From a virus, in IMG/VR virus record IMGVR_UViG_3300009506_000002, positions 78,378 through 142,377 of that record: a stretch of DNA of 64,000 nt. The stretch is one strand, 5' to 3'. The position numbers were made by a program, and so were the translations under genes. This document shows positions 29,039-38,320 of this stretch, in pieces (within the stretch, counting starts at the first letter, position 1; each line of letters opens with the position of its first letter). The notes beneath the pieces are model-generated. The model saw only the letters and a list, made by a program, of their open reading frames with translations, was not told where the DNA came from and did no database searches.

Positions 29039-29227
29039 TTACATTACCTTCGTTGAATATGCAGCGCCAGCAGCGGCAAGCGCATCAGTCAGTTCGCCAG
29101 CGTCACGCGAGTTAACGGAAATAGCCAGCTCTTGGTCATCGGCCTCCCAGTTGATGCCGAGGTCGCCGGTGGCCGGGCCAACCTTTTCAGCGTCACTTGC
29201 AGTAGGGAAACTAATTTTGATTCTCAT
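29039..29227 (-). CDS. Hypothetical protein
   Basis: AGGAG RBS after promoter. Confidence 0.65.
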   Translation of the reverse strand: MRIKISFPTASDAEKVGPATGDLGINWEADDQELAISVNSRDAGELTDALAAAGAAYSTKVM

Positions 29228-29257
29228 GATAAACTCCTTTGCTCACTCAATAAGTGA

Positions 29258-29286
29258 AGTCTACACGAAACGGAACCGTTTGTCAA
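29258..29286 (-). promoter_or_regulatory. sigma70-type early promoter; about 47 bp identical to the copy at 31642-31688
   Basis: TTGACA-N17-TAGACT with TTGAGTGAG leader. Confidence 0.85.
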
Positions 29287-29512
29287 GACTTTTTCTGCAT
29301 CGTTGCGTAGATCTCATAGAAGCCTTCAGTCACACCCGGCCATTCCTCCTGTTGCGATGCCGCAGTTGCCTTTTTTATCTTCGGAGCGCATCTGTGACAA
29401 TAGATTGGCTTGTGAATATACTCCTCTGATATCTTGCGGGATGGAGCATGGTGTTGCCAACATCGAGCATTTCCTTTAGTTGTTCGAGTGTGTGGTTCAT
29501 CTCACTTCCTCC

Positions 29513-30208
29513 TTAATCTAATCCCATTTCTGCCAGTACATCCATGAACATAGTGGCTGCCCCTGCTGCCCCTGCTGCTGCCTCTGCTGCCTCTGCTGCT
29601 GCCCTTGCTGCCCTTGCTGCTGCCCATGCTTCTGCCCTTTCTGCTGGCCCTGCTGCCCATGCTGCTGCCCCTGCTGCCCATGCTGCTGCCTCTACTGCTG
29701 CCCCTGCTGCCCCTGCTGCTGCCCCTGCTGCAGTCCCTGCTGCTGCCCATGCTTCTGCTGCCCATGCTTCTGCCCCTGCTGACCTTGCTGCTGCCCATGC
29801 TTCTGCCCTTTCGGATCGATCTGACCCGTCAAGCCACCCGGTTGCCCAAGTGGTAAACGCATCATCCTTGTAGACGCGCATGGTCACCCTGATAGCAAAC
29901 TCGACCCGCTGCTCGGTAGTGATAGCCGGCAATGGCATCTCGCGGACAAGCCTTTGTTTTTTCGTACCAGCTTTTAACCCGTCAAAAGCAACCTCCCCAC
30001 TATGCTCTATTTCCCACAACTTCGGATTTATGAAACGTGCGTGTATCAGGTTAAAGATCACCGCAAGCACTGGGTGGCGATACTGGTGCAGTACCCCATC
30101 GGTGCATAATTTGTTGCCCTTACCCTTTGCGACCCGCCAGCGATTCATGCGGAACTTAAAGCCGCCATGTGTTGTCATCTTCTGCGTGGTCAGTTTGTAA
30201 GCAATCAT
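29513..30208 (-). CDS. Phage protein with Ala-rich (AEAWAA) repeats
   Basis: MIAYKLT..MTTHGG...LCTDGVLH N-domain and low-complexity Ala tract; upstream in-frame starts in repeat. Confidence 0.75.
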   Translation of the reverse strand: MIAYKLTTQKMTTHGGFKFRMNRWRVAKGKGNKLCTDGVLHQYRHPVLAVIFNLIHARFINPKLWEIEHSGEVAFDGLKAGTKKQRLVREMPLPAITTEQRVEFAIRVTMRVYKDDAFTTWATGWLDGSDRSERAEAWAAARSAGAEAWAAEAWAAAGTAAGAAAGAAGAAVEAAAWAAGAAAWAAGPAERAEAWAAARAARAAAEAAEAAAGAAGAATMFMDVLAEMGLD

Positions 30209-30321
30209 CTCACTTCCTCCTTTCGTATAACCAATCATCTCACTTCCTCCTTTCGTATAACCAATCATCTCACTTCCTCCTTTCGTATAACCAATCATCT
30301 CACTTCCTCCTTTCGTATAAC
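30202..30321. repeat. 4 exact tandem copies of a 30-bp unit containing SD + ATG
   Basis: caatcatctcacttcctcctttcgtataac x4. Confidence 0.95.
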
Positions 30322-30863
30322 GCCGCAGGCATGGTCGGCATGCGCATGGCTTCTCGATGTGCAATCCTATCATGATTAGACGCCGTTGTCAAGTAATTTC
30401 CTGACCAAGGTCGAACAAGACCCTTGTCCTCAATGATGACTGTGCCGAGGAACGGTTTGTCGATGACGCCTTCCTCAATGCCACCCCAGCCAGTTGGTGC
30501 AACACGGATCTTCCGAATCACCTTGCGCGCGTTAGGATACACCGCAGCCCACAAGAACATGCGGCCATCCTGCATACCAACGGACAGAATCTTCGCGTCA
30601 AGTGCCATCTCGATGTTCGGTGCGACTTCGTACTTGAAAATCTTCATGCCTTCTTCTAGACGAACCACCTTATAGTCACCGTTGAGCAGGCCACCCATTA
30701 CGTGGGAGAGGTTCCAGCCCTCGCGCCATGAATCACCATTCTGGCCTGTGACTTCAACCTGCACGTTGTTCTCCTCGTCCTCGATGATCAGGACGGTGGC
30801 GTACAGATAGCCAGGTGATCCGAAGTGTAGGTGAATCTGGTCACCTGATTGTAGAATGCTCAT
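30300..30863 (-). CDS. Hypothetical two-domain protein, C-terminus probably disrupted
   Basis: KIFKYEV...AKILSVGMQDG..FLWAAV domain then runs into promoter and repeat. Confidence 0.55.
   Translation of the reverse strand: MSILQSGDQIHLHFGSPGYLYATVLIIEDEENNVQVEVTGQNGDSWREGWNLSHVMGGLLNGDYKVVRLEEGMKIFKYEVAPNIEMALDAKILSVGMQDGRMFLWAAVYPNARKVIRKIRVAPTGWGGIEEGVIDKPFLGTVIIEDKGLVRPWSGNYLTTASNHDRIAHREAMRMPTMPAALYERRK
30364..30392 (-). promoter_or_regulatory. sigma70-type promoter
   Basis: TTGACA-N17-TAGGAT upstream of the SD repeats. Confidence 0.7.
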
Positions 30864-31192
30864 GAAAGGTCCTCCATAACAAGATATCTGCATCCAGCTT
30901 CCTGGGCAAATTCGATTGCTTCCCAGCGGAAGAAGTCTTCACGCGAGCGAGCGTAGTAGAACACGCCGAACTTCTTGCACCATGCCTGGAAGTACTCGTA
31001 TGATCCATCATCGTAGGGACCCATGCCCTCTGGGTAGATCTTTGAGTTGTCAAGCAGGCCGACGTCGATCGAAATCAGGGAAGTCCCTTCAATGGCTTGC
31101 GGATTCTTTGGCCCGAAGTCCATTGGATACCCGTTCTGCTTTTCATACTGCTCCGGGTCAGTTATCAGGTAGGAATAGATGGATTCGGACAT
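30860..31192 (-). CDS. Hypothetical protein
   Basis: Coupled overlaps. Confidence 0.6.
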   Translation of the reverse strand: MSESIYSYLITDPEQYEKQNGYPMDFGPKNPQAIEGTSLISIDVGLLDNSKIYPEGMGPYDDGSYEYFQAWCKKFGVFYYARSREDFFRWEAIEFAQEAGCRYLVMEDLS

Positions 31193-31620
31193 TATGCAGT
31201 CACCTCGTAAGGCTTGTCCCACTGGCCGACGTTGATGTCGATGTACCAACCAACGTGGAAGTAGTCAGACTGGATGTCGGAGTGGTCGAAGTTCTCGATG
31301 TCCGAGCCCTTGCCATTCATGGCATCTTTCAGCTCTTCCAGGAACTGGCGAACAACACCCGAGTAGCTGTCATGAATCCAGTAGGTGTTCACGTCGATGT
31401 AGGTAAGGTCGCTAAAGTCACGCGGGTTGCCATCAAAGCTAGGCTTGTCTGCGTTGGTCTTGGCATAGTTGCCGATGATGTCGAGCTTGCCGCTCTTGAT
31501 GTTGACAACAAGGGATGAATGATGGCGCACGGCGATAGACGCCTTCATGCCATACTTCTTGAGGACCGCCTTGATCTGCGGTGCCAGTTCTTTCTTCTTC
31601 TCTTGGTTCATGTAAGCCAT
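31192..31620 (-). CDS. Conserved phage hypothetical protein
   Basis: MAYMNQEKKKELAP...SDIQSDYFHVGWYIDINVG. Confidence 0.75.
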   Translation of the reverse strand: MAYMNQEKKKELAPQIKAVLKKYGMKASIAVRHHSSLVVNIKSGKLDIIGNYAKTNADKPSFDGNPRDFSDLTYIDVNTYWIHDSYSGVVRQFLEELKDAMNGKGSDIENFDHSDIQSDYFHVGWYIDINVGQWDKPYEVTA

Positions 31621-31657
31621 AATAAATCTCCTCTTTGTTCACTCACTCAATAAGTGA

Positions 31658-31686
31658 AGTCTACACGAAACGGAACCGTTTGTCAA
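31658..31686 (-). promoter_or_regulatory. sigma70-type early promoter
   Basis: TTGACA-N17-TAGACT. Confidence 0.85.
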
Positions 31687-31702
31687 GAAAAAGATTGCAC
31701 GA

Positions 31703-31728
31703 GAAAGGCGCCCGTAAGGACGCCCTTC
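31703..31728 (-). terminator. Probable intrinsic terminator
   Basis: gaagggcgtcc-ttac-gggcgccttt hairpin. Confidence 0.6.
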
Positions 31729-31744
31729 AATGTGGATGTGTGGA

Positions 31745-32095
31745 TTACTTGCCGAGGTTGAACGCCACTTCTGCGACGTCTTTTGCGCTTGGCTTTTCAT
31801 CGCCGAACTTGTCAACAATTGCTTCGTTGACGTCCTGCACAGAAAGCTCGCTGGCATCATTGCCTGCTTTGAGGGCTTTTGCGATCAGCGTCTTACGTGA
31901 AACGTCTTTCTTGACGATCTTCAGACCAACTGTCTCCCACCACTCTTCGAAGCTGCCGGCTTCAACAGCAACCTTTTCCTCAACCTGAGTTTCATCGTTG
32001 GTTTCAGTCTCCACCTGTTCGGTTTCTACGACCTCGGTTACTGCCTCTTCGACGACTTCATCCTTTTTCTTCTTGCCACGCTTCAATAGAGCCAT
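31745..32095 (-). CDS. Hypothetical acidic protein (late)
   Basis: CATAAATA at 32123-32130; AGGAG RBS. Confidence 0.7.
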   Translation of the reverse strand: MALLKRGKKKKDEVVEEAVTEVVETEQVETETNDETQVEEKVAVEAGSFEEWWETVGLKIVKKDVSRKTLIAKALKAGNDASELSVQDVNEAIVDKFGDEKPSAKDVAEVAFNLGK

Positions 32096-32111
32096 TTTCG
32101 TCTCCTGGAAC

Positions 32112-32690
32112 TTATTGTGTTTTATTTATGCTTTCGTGAAGGTACTTCGCGATGTAGTACGCATCAATGAGGTCGTCTACTGGCGAAGGAAGCTTCTTGG
32201 TATGCTTCAATCCCATTTCATCGATGAGGTTGATGCCAGTCTCTACCACGAATGCAGCAAAGATCTCGTCCTTATCAGCGCGACCGTTGCCAGTGGCGAA
32301 CTTCTTTGCGGTTGGTGGCGCAATGGTGTCAATTTGGATATTCTGACGGTAGAGCTTGTGTTTGAGCAATCCGCAGTTTTCGCCAAGATGAAACACGCGC
32401 CCGCGCGCTGCAAAAGCATAGTCTTCGATAAGTACATGCTCGACGTTGTACTGAATGGCGAAGTTCTCAAAGTTCTGAGATAGCTTGTCAAAGCGCTCCT
32501 CAGGTGAAGAGCAAGTTGGTGCTGGGTTTTGGAATATGGCGATTCGACCATTGAGGTAATATTGGTCGAGCTTCTTATTGTTTGGTACTGCCAAGAAGTA
32601 GCAGTTCTCAATGCTGAAAGGCTTGTCCGCGTCACATACGCACATTGCCGGACTGGTCAGCGAATAGTCAATACCTGCGATCAGCTTCAT
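32112..32690 (-). CDS. RuvC-like Holliday junction resolvase
   Basis: GIDYSLTSPA, IEDYAF, KKFATGNGRADK, DLIDAYYI. Confidence 0.85.
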   Translation of the reverse strand: MKLIAGIDYSLTSPAMCVCDADKPFSIENCYFLAVPNNKKLDQYYLNGRIAIFQNPAPTCSSPEERFDKLSQNFENFAIQYNVEHVLIEDYAFAARGRVFHLGENCGLLKHKLYRQNIQIDTIAPPTAKKFATGNGRADKDEIFAAFVVETGINLIDEMGLKHTKKLPSPVDDLIDAYYIAKYLHESINKTQ

Positions 32691-32845
32691 TATTCAGTGG
32701 CTTCCTCTTCGTAGGTCTCTATGTCATCTGAGCCACAAAGAGAGCAGTATTCGACCGAGTAACGGTCATCGTCCAAGTTGTTGAAGACTGAATAGGCTCC
32801 TCCGCAATCTACGCACTCAACTCTGGTAAATTGTTCTACAAACAT
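32690..32845 (-). CDS. 51-aa zinc-ribbon protein (not in ORF track)
   Basis: CVDCG...YCSLCG; AGGAG RBS; GCTAAATA at 32873-32880. Confidence 0.7.
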   Translation of the reverse strand: MFVEQFTRVECVDCGGAYSVFNNLDDDRYSVEYCSLCGSDDIETYEEEATE

Positions 32846-32901
32846 TCGAACTCCTAGTGGTGTTGTTTGCAGTATTTAGCAGAGGAGCCTATTTGATCAG
32901 C

Positions 32902-33171
32902 TTACTCCCAGTTGATGTTCTGGACGCTTGAAACTCGGAAGCGGCGCCATCCGTTTACGTCCAGGTCATAGACAGGGACGATGTTTGGATTTGGCTTGCG
33001 ACCAGAGATTTCAGCGACCTCGTTGACGACATCAACAGGCTCTGGAAGCAGTTCGGCTTTCAGTGTGCAGCGCATGACGCGCTCTGAACCGTCAACCTTG
33101 GTGAACGTTACTTCCGCCACGCCCTCTTGGAGCTTGGCAATCAGGTCTTCGCGTTTTAGTGGTGTATTCAT
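32902..33171 (-). CDS. SH3/WYL_2-like beta-barrel protein
   Basis: VTFTKVDGSERVMRCTL...VYDLDVNGWRRFR. Confidence 0.8.
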   Translation of the reverse strand: MNTPLKREDLIAKLQEGVAEVTFTKVDGSERVMRCTLKAELLPEPVDVVNEVAEISGRKPNPNIVPVYDLDVNGWRRFRVSSVQNINWE

Positions 33172-33202
33172 TAGAACTCCTGTTCGATCAATAGAGATAT
33201 GA

Positions 33203-33231
33203 AGTCTACCACACGAAGACCTTCTTGTCAA
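33203..33231 (-). promoter_or_regulatory. sigma70-type early promoter
   Basis: TTGACA-N17-TAGACT. Confidence 0.8.
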
Positions 33232-33647
33232 GACATCTTTGCTCGAGCATAGTCGAATGTGATGGTGAACGTAATCTCGTCGTCATCCATGCTTCTGCTT
33301 GAACGATAGCCCGACGTGAACGCACCCACAATCTCAATATCGATGAGTAGCGCGAACGGTACATGAAGAACCGGATAGTAGCGCAGTGATGCAGAGAACT
33401 TCCAGTCAGTCATGACCTTGGCATTCTCAAATGAGCGTACCAGTGCCTCAGACAGAAGCGATCCCTTCTTGGCTTTCAGCTCGAGAGTCGTATTGTCGAG
33501 GAATCTTGCCACGACCATTTCTGACTGTCCGATCTTGTCACCAAAAAGACACTTCTCCCATGGGCGATCTTTCAGCTCGAGCTCTTTGCTCAGGCTTTCA
33601 AGTTTCTTGGATATTTCGCCAAGCTCTTCAGATACTTTGATGGTCAT
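33228..33647 (-). CDS. Hypothetical protein
   Basis: AGGAG RBS; stop in -35 box. Confidence 0.65.
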   Translation of the reverse strand: MTIKVSEELGEISKKLESLSKELELKDRPWEKCLFGDKIGQSEMVVARFLDNTTLELKAKKGSLLSEALVRSFENAKVMTDWKFSASLRYYPVLHVPFALLIDIEIVGAFTSGYRSSRSMDDDEITFTITFDYARAKMS

Positions 33648-33658
33648 ATATTCTCCTG

Positions 33659-33937
33659 TCAATCATTCCACTTCACAAAGAAGTCTGTGTCCGGATCTTC
33701 TATTGTTTCAACATCGAGATTTTCGATCGTGCATGAGAAGTCATCGTCGGTGGCCTCAATGTTGAGGGTTTCAGGCGTCTGGCTGTGCTCCGGGTGATCG
33801 AGTTCAATGTGTGCGGTCAAGAACGTAACGTTTGCTCCACAGATAGGACACTTCGTGCAGCATGGAACGCAGTGAATAGCGCCTGATCGATGACAGTCAC
33901 AGGTGCATTCGAATGACCGTGTTGCGCAATTCAACAT
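33659..33937 (-). CDS. Cys/His-rich hypothetical protein
   Basis: CTCDCH...HCVPCCTKCPICG. Confidence 0.55.
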   Translation of the reverse strand: MLNCATRSFECTCDCHRSGAIHCVPCCTKCPICGANVTFLTAHIELDHPEHSQTPETLNIEATDDDFSCTIENLDVETIEDPDTDFFVKWND

Positions 33938-34341
33938 ACGACGATCGGGTATCCTGGGAACCAGCGGTCGCCAGTGTTCGGCTCTCTCCATAACGGGACT
34001 ACAGGCGAACCCGGGAACGGAGATGGTTGCCAAGGATTGATTGTGTCCTTTGGCAGATCTTCGATCAGTTTGCGAATATGCTCTTCTGCATCCTTCTCGT
34101 CATCCTGCTCTTCTGCATCAGGCTCAATTTCGTCCTCGACAAGAATCTCTTGCGTCTCGTCGTTTGTGGTGGTCAGTGTATAGTCCGGGGTCAGCTTCAT
34201 GAATACCAGCCCAAGGTGTTCTTTGATCATACGAACTTGCTTCTTTGACAAGCTGTCCGCATCTGTCATCTCAAAGAACCCTTGCAGCCAGTAAACAAAC
34301 TGCTCCGGAGACATTCTCGGTAATTTAGTTTGAATCATCAT
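33931..34341 (-). CDS. Conserved phage hypothetical protein
   Basis: MSPEQFVYWLQGFFE...IKEHL. Confidence 0.7.
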   Translation of the reverse strand: MMIQTKLPRMSPEQFVYWLQGFFEMTDADSLSKKQVRMIKEHLGLVFMKLTPDYTLTTTNDETQEILVEDEIEPDAEEQDDEKDAEEHIRKLIEDLPKDTINPWQPSPFPGSPVVPLWREPNTGDRWFPGYPIVVC

Positions 34342-34347
34342 CTCTCC

Positions 34348-35007
34348 TTAGATTTCACATACTCCGTTGGTGCAGGCAAGTGTCTGCATACCTTCGGTGT
34401 TGTCTTCGAACTCGTAGTCCTTCAGTGCTTCCCAATTGATCTTTGGGAACTCTCTGACGAGGCGCTTGTATGTTGCCTCATCGATATCTTGGTACGGGGC
34501 CTGCTGGTAGCTGTGCTCGCTGAACGGCAGGAATGATACGCCGGAGACCTTGTCAAAGTTATCCCATACCCATGCACCAACTTCCATCCACTCGTGATCT
34601 TTCACGTAGACGGTGATTGATGGCTTATGCTCGCACCAATGGGTCTGGTAGATCATCCACATCTCAAGCTGCTCGATGGCTGTGCGATCAGTTCTCATGA
34701 CTGCACCTTCTGGTGACTTCATTGGGAACGAGAACACGGTTGTCGAGTCAGGCTTGGTGATGTCTGGCTCATGCGGGATACCCTGATCCTTCATGAACTG
34801 GGTCATCGGATCCTTGTTGTCAGCGCGCACGGTACGAACGTAGTGTGGCGCGAAGCGGTCGTGCATACCAGACGCAGAGTCGACAAGCTGAGATACTGTG
34901 TTGTGTGACACTATACCATTCGACAGTTGGTATGAGTGTGTATTTTCAACCTCAATATCAACAGTGAATTGCGGCTCTTCTAATTTTGTTATTCTTTTTA
35001 ATTTCAT
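34348..35007 (-). CDS. nrdJ: Class II RNR C-terminal part fused to split-intein C-half (34900-35007)
   Basis: 36-aa IntC ...DIEVENTHSY.LSNGIVSHN then TVSQLVDSASG; WCEHKPSIT; C-terminal CTNGVC. Confidence 0.93.
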   Translation of the reverse strand: MKLKRITKLEEPQFTVDIEVENTHSYQLSNGIVSHNTVSQLVDSASGMHDRFAPHYVRTVRADNKDPMTQFMKDQGIPHEPDITKPDSTTVFSFPMKSPEGAVMRTDRTAIEQLEMWMIYQTHWCEHKPSITVYVKDHEWMEVGAWVWDNFDKVSGVSFLPFSEHSYQQAPYQDIDEATYKRLVREFPKINWEALKDYEFEDNTEGMQTLACTNGVCEI

Positions 35008-35131
35008 TTAGACTCCTTTATTACAGCGGTCGAAGTGATGTCTTTTCATTGCTGGAAGAGACTTTCCGTTTTTACCGCACTTTGGACAAATTATATTTGT
35101 TCTGGGTATTCTTCCCGACTTAAATATATAA
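35008..35131 (-). pseudogene. Homing endonuclease remnant between nrdJ halves
   Basis: Start-less frame ICPKCGKNGKSLPAMKRHHFDRC, stop abutting IntC ATG; AT-rich. Confidence 0.7.
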
Positions 35132-37051
35132 TCAGAAATTTACAATTTCGTCATCCGGCGTAAGCTCGTCTACACGCACGTAGCCGTTTGTGGTTTTGAG
35201 TTTGTGATTGCCGGTGAAACGATAAATTTTACCGTCGTCGGACTCAATCTCATACACGTCTTCGATACCATTGACAAACAGCTTAGTTACGCGCTGCAAT
35301 TCATCATTCTCGTCATAGACGCGCAATTCGTCATTTGGTTCAATCCACGTACCTGGCGCACACTCGAATATGTTCAAGTCCTCAGGAGCAAGTCTTGAGA
35401 ATATTTCAGACATCGACATTACACCAGAATCCGTTTTCACTTCTGTTTCCATTGTTGTGCAACCAGATGGCTTGACGCAGGTAATCGAGCGTGATACGTT
35501 CACGCCAATCTTGTTCGCCCATTCGACGTTGGTTTCAATCGCTGTGCGACGCAGGATTTTCAGGATGGTTGGCAAGCGCAGTGCCTTGTTGCCTTCACCA
35601 CAGAACTCTGCCAGCTCTTCAGCGGACACCTTCTGGGCACCCATGATCGGGTGATCCATGATGCCAGTGAGGGACACGCCCAGCAGGCACTCTTCCTCTG
35701 TGTTGAACTGCCACACCTCATCCAGGTAGCGGAAGTTAGACAGTGATGACTGCAACGTTCCCAGGATGGTAGCAATGCGCACCTTGTCCTTCAGTGTGTC
35801 GAGTGTATCGTTACGACGAACAACAACTTCTGACAGGTTACAGAACTGCTTCGGACGCAGGATGATTTCAGAGCACGGGTTTGTGCCAAACGGATGACGG
35901 TGGTCACGGCGCGGAATGTCGAGGCCAGACCAATGTGGTTTGTTGCGCATCTCTTCGCGGAACTTGCCAGCATTGAGAACCTGTGTCTCAGAAGCTACGC
36001 GGCTGAAAATACCACGCTCGCCCGACTGTGACTGATAGAGCGCCATCCACTCTTCCATGAACGCACCCATGTCTGGCTTTTCAGTGTAGCAGACAGAGTT
36101 GTTTGCCAGCGCGCGCTGACCTTCGTTGATCCACCATTGACCCATCTTCGCTCTGCGCATACGGTCATCTGTCAGGTTTGACAGTGAGATCAGGGCTGAA
36201 CGACGTACGCCGCCAACTACAACGATCTCGGCGATCTTGCACATGAGGTCATGGCACTCGATTGATGTCAGCTTGCGGCCATCAGCGTTCTTGAAGATCT
36301 CTACGCTGAATCGGAACAGGTTCTCCAGAGGATCTGGGCCTGATGCACGACCACCAAACGTCTTGAGGCGAGCGCCAGCAGGACGAATCTTTGACAGGTC
36401 CCACTTGACACCGAAGTTGCGGTTGTACAACTCGACCAACAGGATACGGTAAGCAGAAGCCCAGCCGATCTTTGAGTCAGTCACGTGGATGGTGTTGGTC
36501 TTGGTGTTGATGGTTGAGATTTCTTCAACCGGGCAGTTGACGAACGCTTCTGGCAAGCATGACTCGCGCAGTTCTGGGTTCGATTGAATCAGTGGCAGCA
36601 ATTCAGGGTCTGACTCTGCCAGCAACTCCTTGAGGATTGAAACGTTTTCTTCATCCGTCTTTACTTCGGGTAGACGCGTGATGTCCTGACGTTCAACAGA
36701 GAATCCAAAGCCAGTTCCGCACATGAGAATGTACATGGCTTGGTCGAAGAATGTGATGTCATCGCAACGGTTGTAAGAACAGTTGAACGCTGCCACATTG
36801 TCACGACTAAGCGCTTCACCTGCCGTCATCAGACAGCGCATTGAAGGCATCGCTTTCAGCGTCTCGATGTACGAACGGACTGTCGTATCGAGGTAACTCA
36901 GGTCAGCCTCAGATAGCTTGCCTGCAGGGTACTCCTTTTCCATGAAGAAACGGATGTAGCGATCCACGGTCTCAGGGAACGTTTCGCGTCGATCGCCATT
37001 CCATCTCGCATAACGCGAAAGCGCTATGTAATTCTGATAGTCATTGAGCAT
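35132..37051 (-). CDS. nrdJ: Class II (B12-dependent) RNR N-terminal part fused to split-intein N-half (35135-35461)
   Basis: FNCSY, GGVRRSA, TNPCSEI, VKPSG|CTT...FTGNHKL..NGYVRVDEL. Confidence 0.93.
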   Translation of the reverse strand: MLNDYQNYIALSRYARWNGDRRETFPETVDRYIRFFMEKEYPAGKLSEADLSYLDTTVRSYIETLKAMPSMRCLMTAGEALSRDNVAAFNCSYNRCDDITFFDQAMYILMCGTGFGFSVERQDITRLPEVKTDEENVSILKELLAESDPELLPLIQSNPELRESCLPEAFVNCPVEEISTINTKTNTIHVTDSKIGWASAYRILLVELYNRNFGVKWDLSKIRPAGARLKTFGGRASGPDPLENLFRFSVEIFKNADGRKLTSIECHDLMCKIAEIVVVGGVRRSALISLSNLTDDRMRRAKMGQWWINEGQRALANNSVCYTEKPDMGAFMEEWMALYQSQSGERGIFSRVASETQVLNAGKFREEMRNKPHWSGLDIPRRDHRHPFGTNPCSEIILRPKQFCNLSEVVVRRNDTLDTLKDKVRIATILGTLQSSLSNFRYLDEVWQFNTEEECLLGVSLTGIMDHPIMGAQKVSAEELAEFCGEGNKALRLPTILKILRRTAIETNVEWANKIGVNVSRSITCVKPSGCTTMETEVKTDSGVMSMSEIFSRLAPEDLNIFECAPGTWIEPNDELRVYDENDELQRVTKLFVNGIEDVYEIESDDGKIYRFTGNHKLKTTNGYVRVDELTPDDEIVNF

Positions 37052-37068
37052 GTTTTTCCTTTTCCTTT

Positions 37069-38100
37069 TTAGCATTTTGCCCACCTGGTCATTGCCATCT
37101 TTGCCGCTAAGCCTTCATAGACATTTTCGGAAATCACATGCTGAACATCTAGTCCGGCAATAACCATATCATTGATATCTTTCTTTTTGATCGAGGACGG
37201 GAATATTACGACAGATTTCCCTGCCTCAATTGCTTTATTCATCTTGTCAACGGTTTGTGGTGAACGTGGCTCGTTGTCAAAGGCGAATATTTCTTTCTTG
37301 GGTCTGACTCTTCCTGAGATTGCCAGTAGATCGCCACCGGAAGCGGCGAGACAGTTCTGTAGGAATAACGAATCAACCGGACCCTCTACTATGTAAATTG
37401 GTTTGTTTCTATCGACTCTATCAAGTCCGAACACTTTTGGTGCATCGCCGTCTAACTTGATGGTGATGTATTTAGCGCCGGAGTTACGTCCTGGGAGCTC
37501 TCGCCCTTGGAACGCGAAGATCTTTCCTTCTTCATCATAGAATGGAATGATGAAACGCGGATGATCATAGCGCAGCGCTTGTTCCTTGAACACCTTTTTC
37601 TTTGCCACGAGGTTTGAGAAAGCGTAGAACGCAGGTGTGTAGAAGATGTACTTGCGCGCGCTGGCTGGCAACTTGCGAGAGCCCCAATAGTTCTGGTGTT
37701 CAATTGGCATGTCCTCAAAGCGCTTGAGGTAGCCAGTGACCTGCACGTTGTCCTTCACTGATTTGATAGAGCTAAGGTCGAACTTCATCTTGGTAGGATC
37801 TGGCTCATCCGACTTGTTCTTGTTGCCAAACTTTGAGCCAATGCGCTCTGCCAGATATTCTTTGTACAGGTTAGGATCAAACTTCTTGAGGAAGTTCTGG
37901 AATGATGTGGCTTCGCCGCAGTTGTGGCACTTGTACCACAGACGTTCCTTGTGAGCGAAGAAGTAGCCGCGCGCTTTGCGTGAGTCCTTCTGGCTATCGC
38001 CACAGAGCGGACATGAACAGTTCCACAGCCTATTTGACTTCTTGGTATAGTTGCGCAGTCTAAGACTGATCAACCCCAGGTACTTGGTGTCAATTATCAT
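37069..38100 (-). CDS. 61: DNA primase gp61
   Basis: CPLCGDS...CHNCG, FQGR, VEGPVDSLF, FDNEPR, KDINDM. Confidence 0.96.
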   Translation of the reverse strand: MIIDTKYLGLISLRLRNYTKKSNRLWNCSCPLCGDSQKDSRKARGYFFAHKERLWYKCHNCGEATSFQNFLKKFDPNLYKEYLAERIGSKFGNKNKSDEPDPTKMKFDLSSIKSVKDNVQVTGYLKRFEDMPIEHQNYWGSRKLPASARKYIFYTPAFYAFSNLVAKKKVFKEQALRYDHPRFIIPFYDEEGKIFAFQGRELPGRNSGAKYITIKLDGDAPKVFGLDRVDRNKPIYIVEGPVDSLFLQNCLAASGGDLLAISGRVRPKKEIFAFDNEPRSPQTVDKMNKAIEAGKSVVIFPSSIKKKDINDMVIAGLDVQHVISENVYEGLAAKMAMTRWAKC

Positions 38101-38320
38101 TCTTCAGTTTATCTTTATGCCTCTGGGACTTAACTCGGAAAGCCCACTTAGAATGCTTTGTGCTGAAATAGATAGACGAACGCGCCTTACCTATTGAGTC
38201 AGCCAATTTCTCAAGATGATGTCGATGGTCACAGATGGCATAGACGTTTCCGCCAATGCCAGTTAGTACGATAGGGCGTTCTGCTTCAAGCGCCTTTATT
38301 CTCGTCATGGATGCTCTCAA
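38090..38320 (-). CDS. Hypothetical protein
   Basis: ORF overlapping primase start. Confidence 0.45.
   Translation of the reverse strand: MRASMTRIKALEAERPIVLTGIGGNVYAICDHRHHLEKLADSIGKARSSIYFSTKHSKWAFRVKSQRHKDKLKNDN

Noticed and set aside
29502-29873. Ser/Arg-, Leu/Pro- and Ala/Pro-rich ORFs
   Set aside because: They are alternative-frame shadows of the GCA-rich repeat in the Ala-rich gene.
30202-30321. CRISPR array
   Set aside because: The 30-bp repeats are directly adjacent with no spacers, and there are no cas genes.
35008-35131. Self-splicing intron joining the nrdJ halves (likewise in uvsX)
   Set aside because: The spacer is too short for an intron core, and both flanks carry complete intein motifs with their own stop and start.
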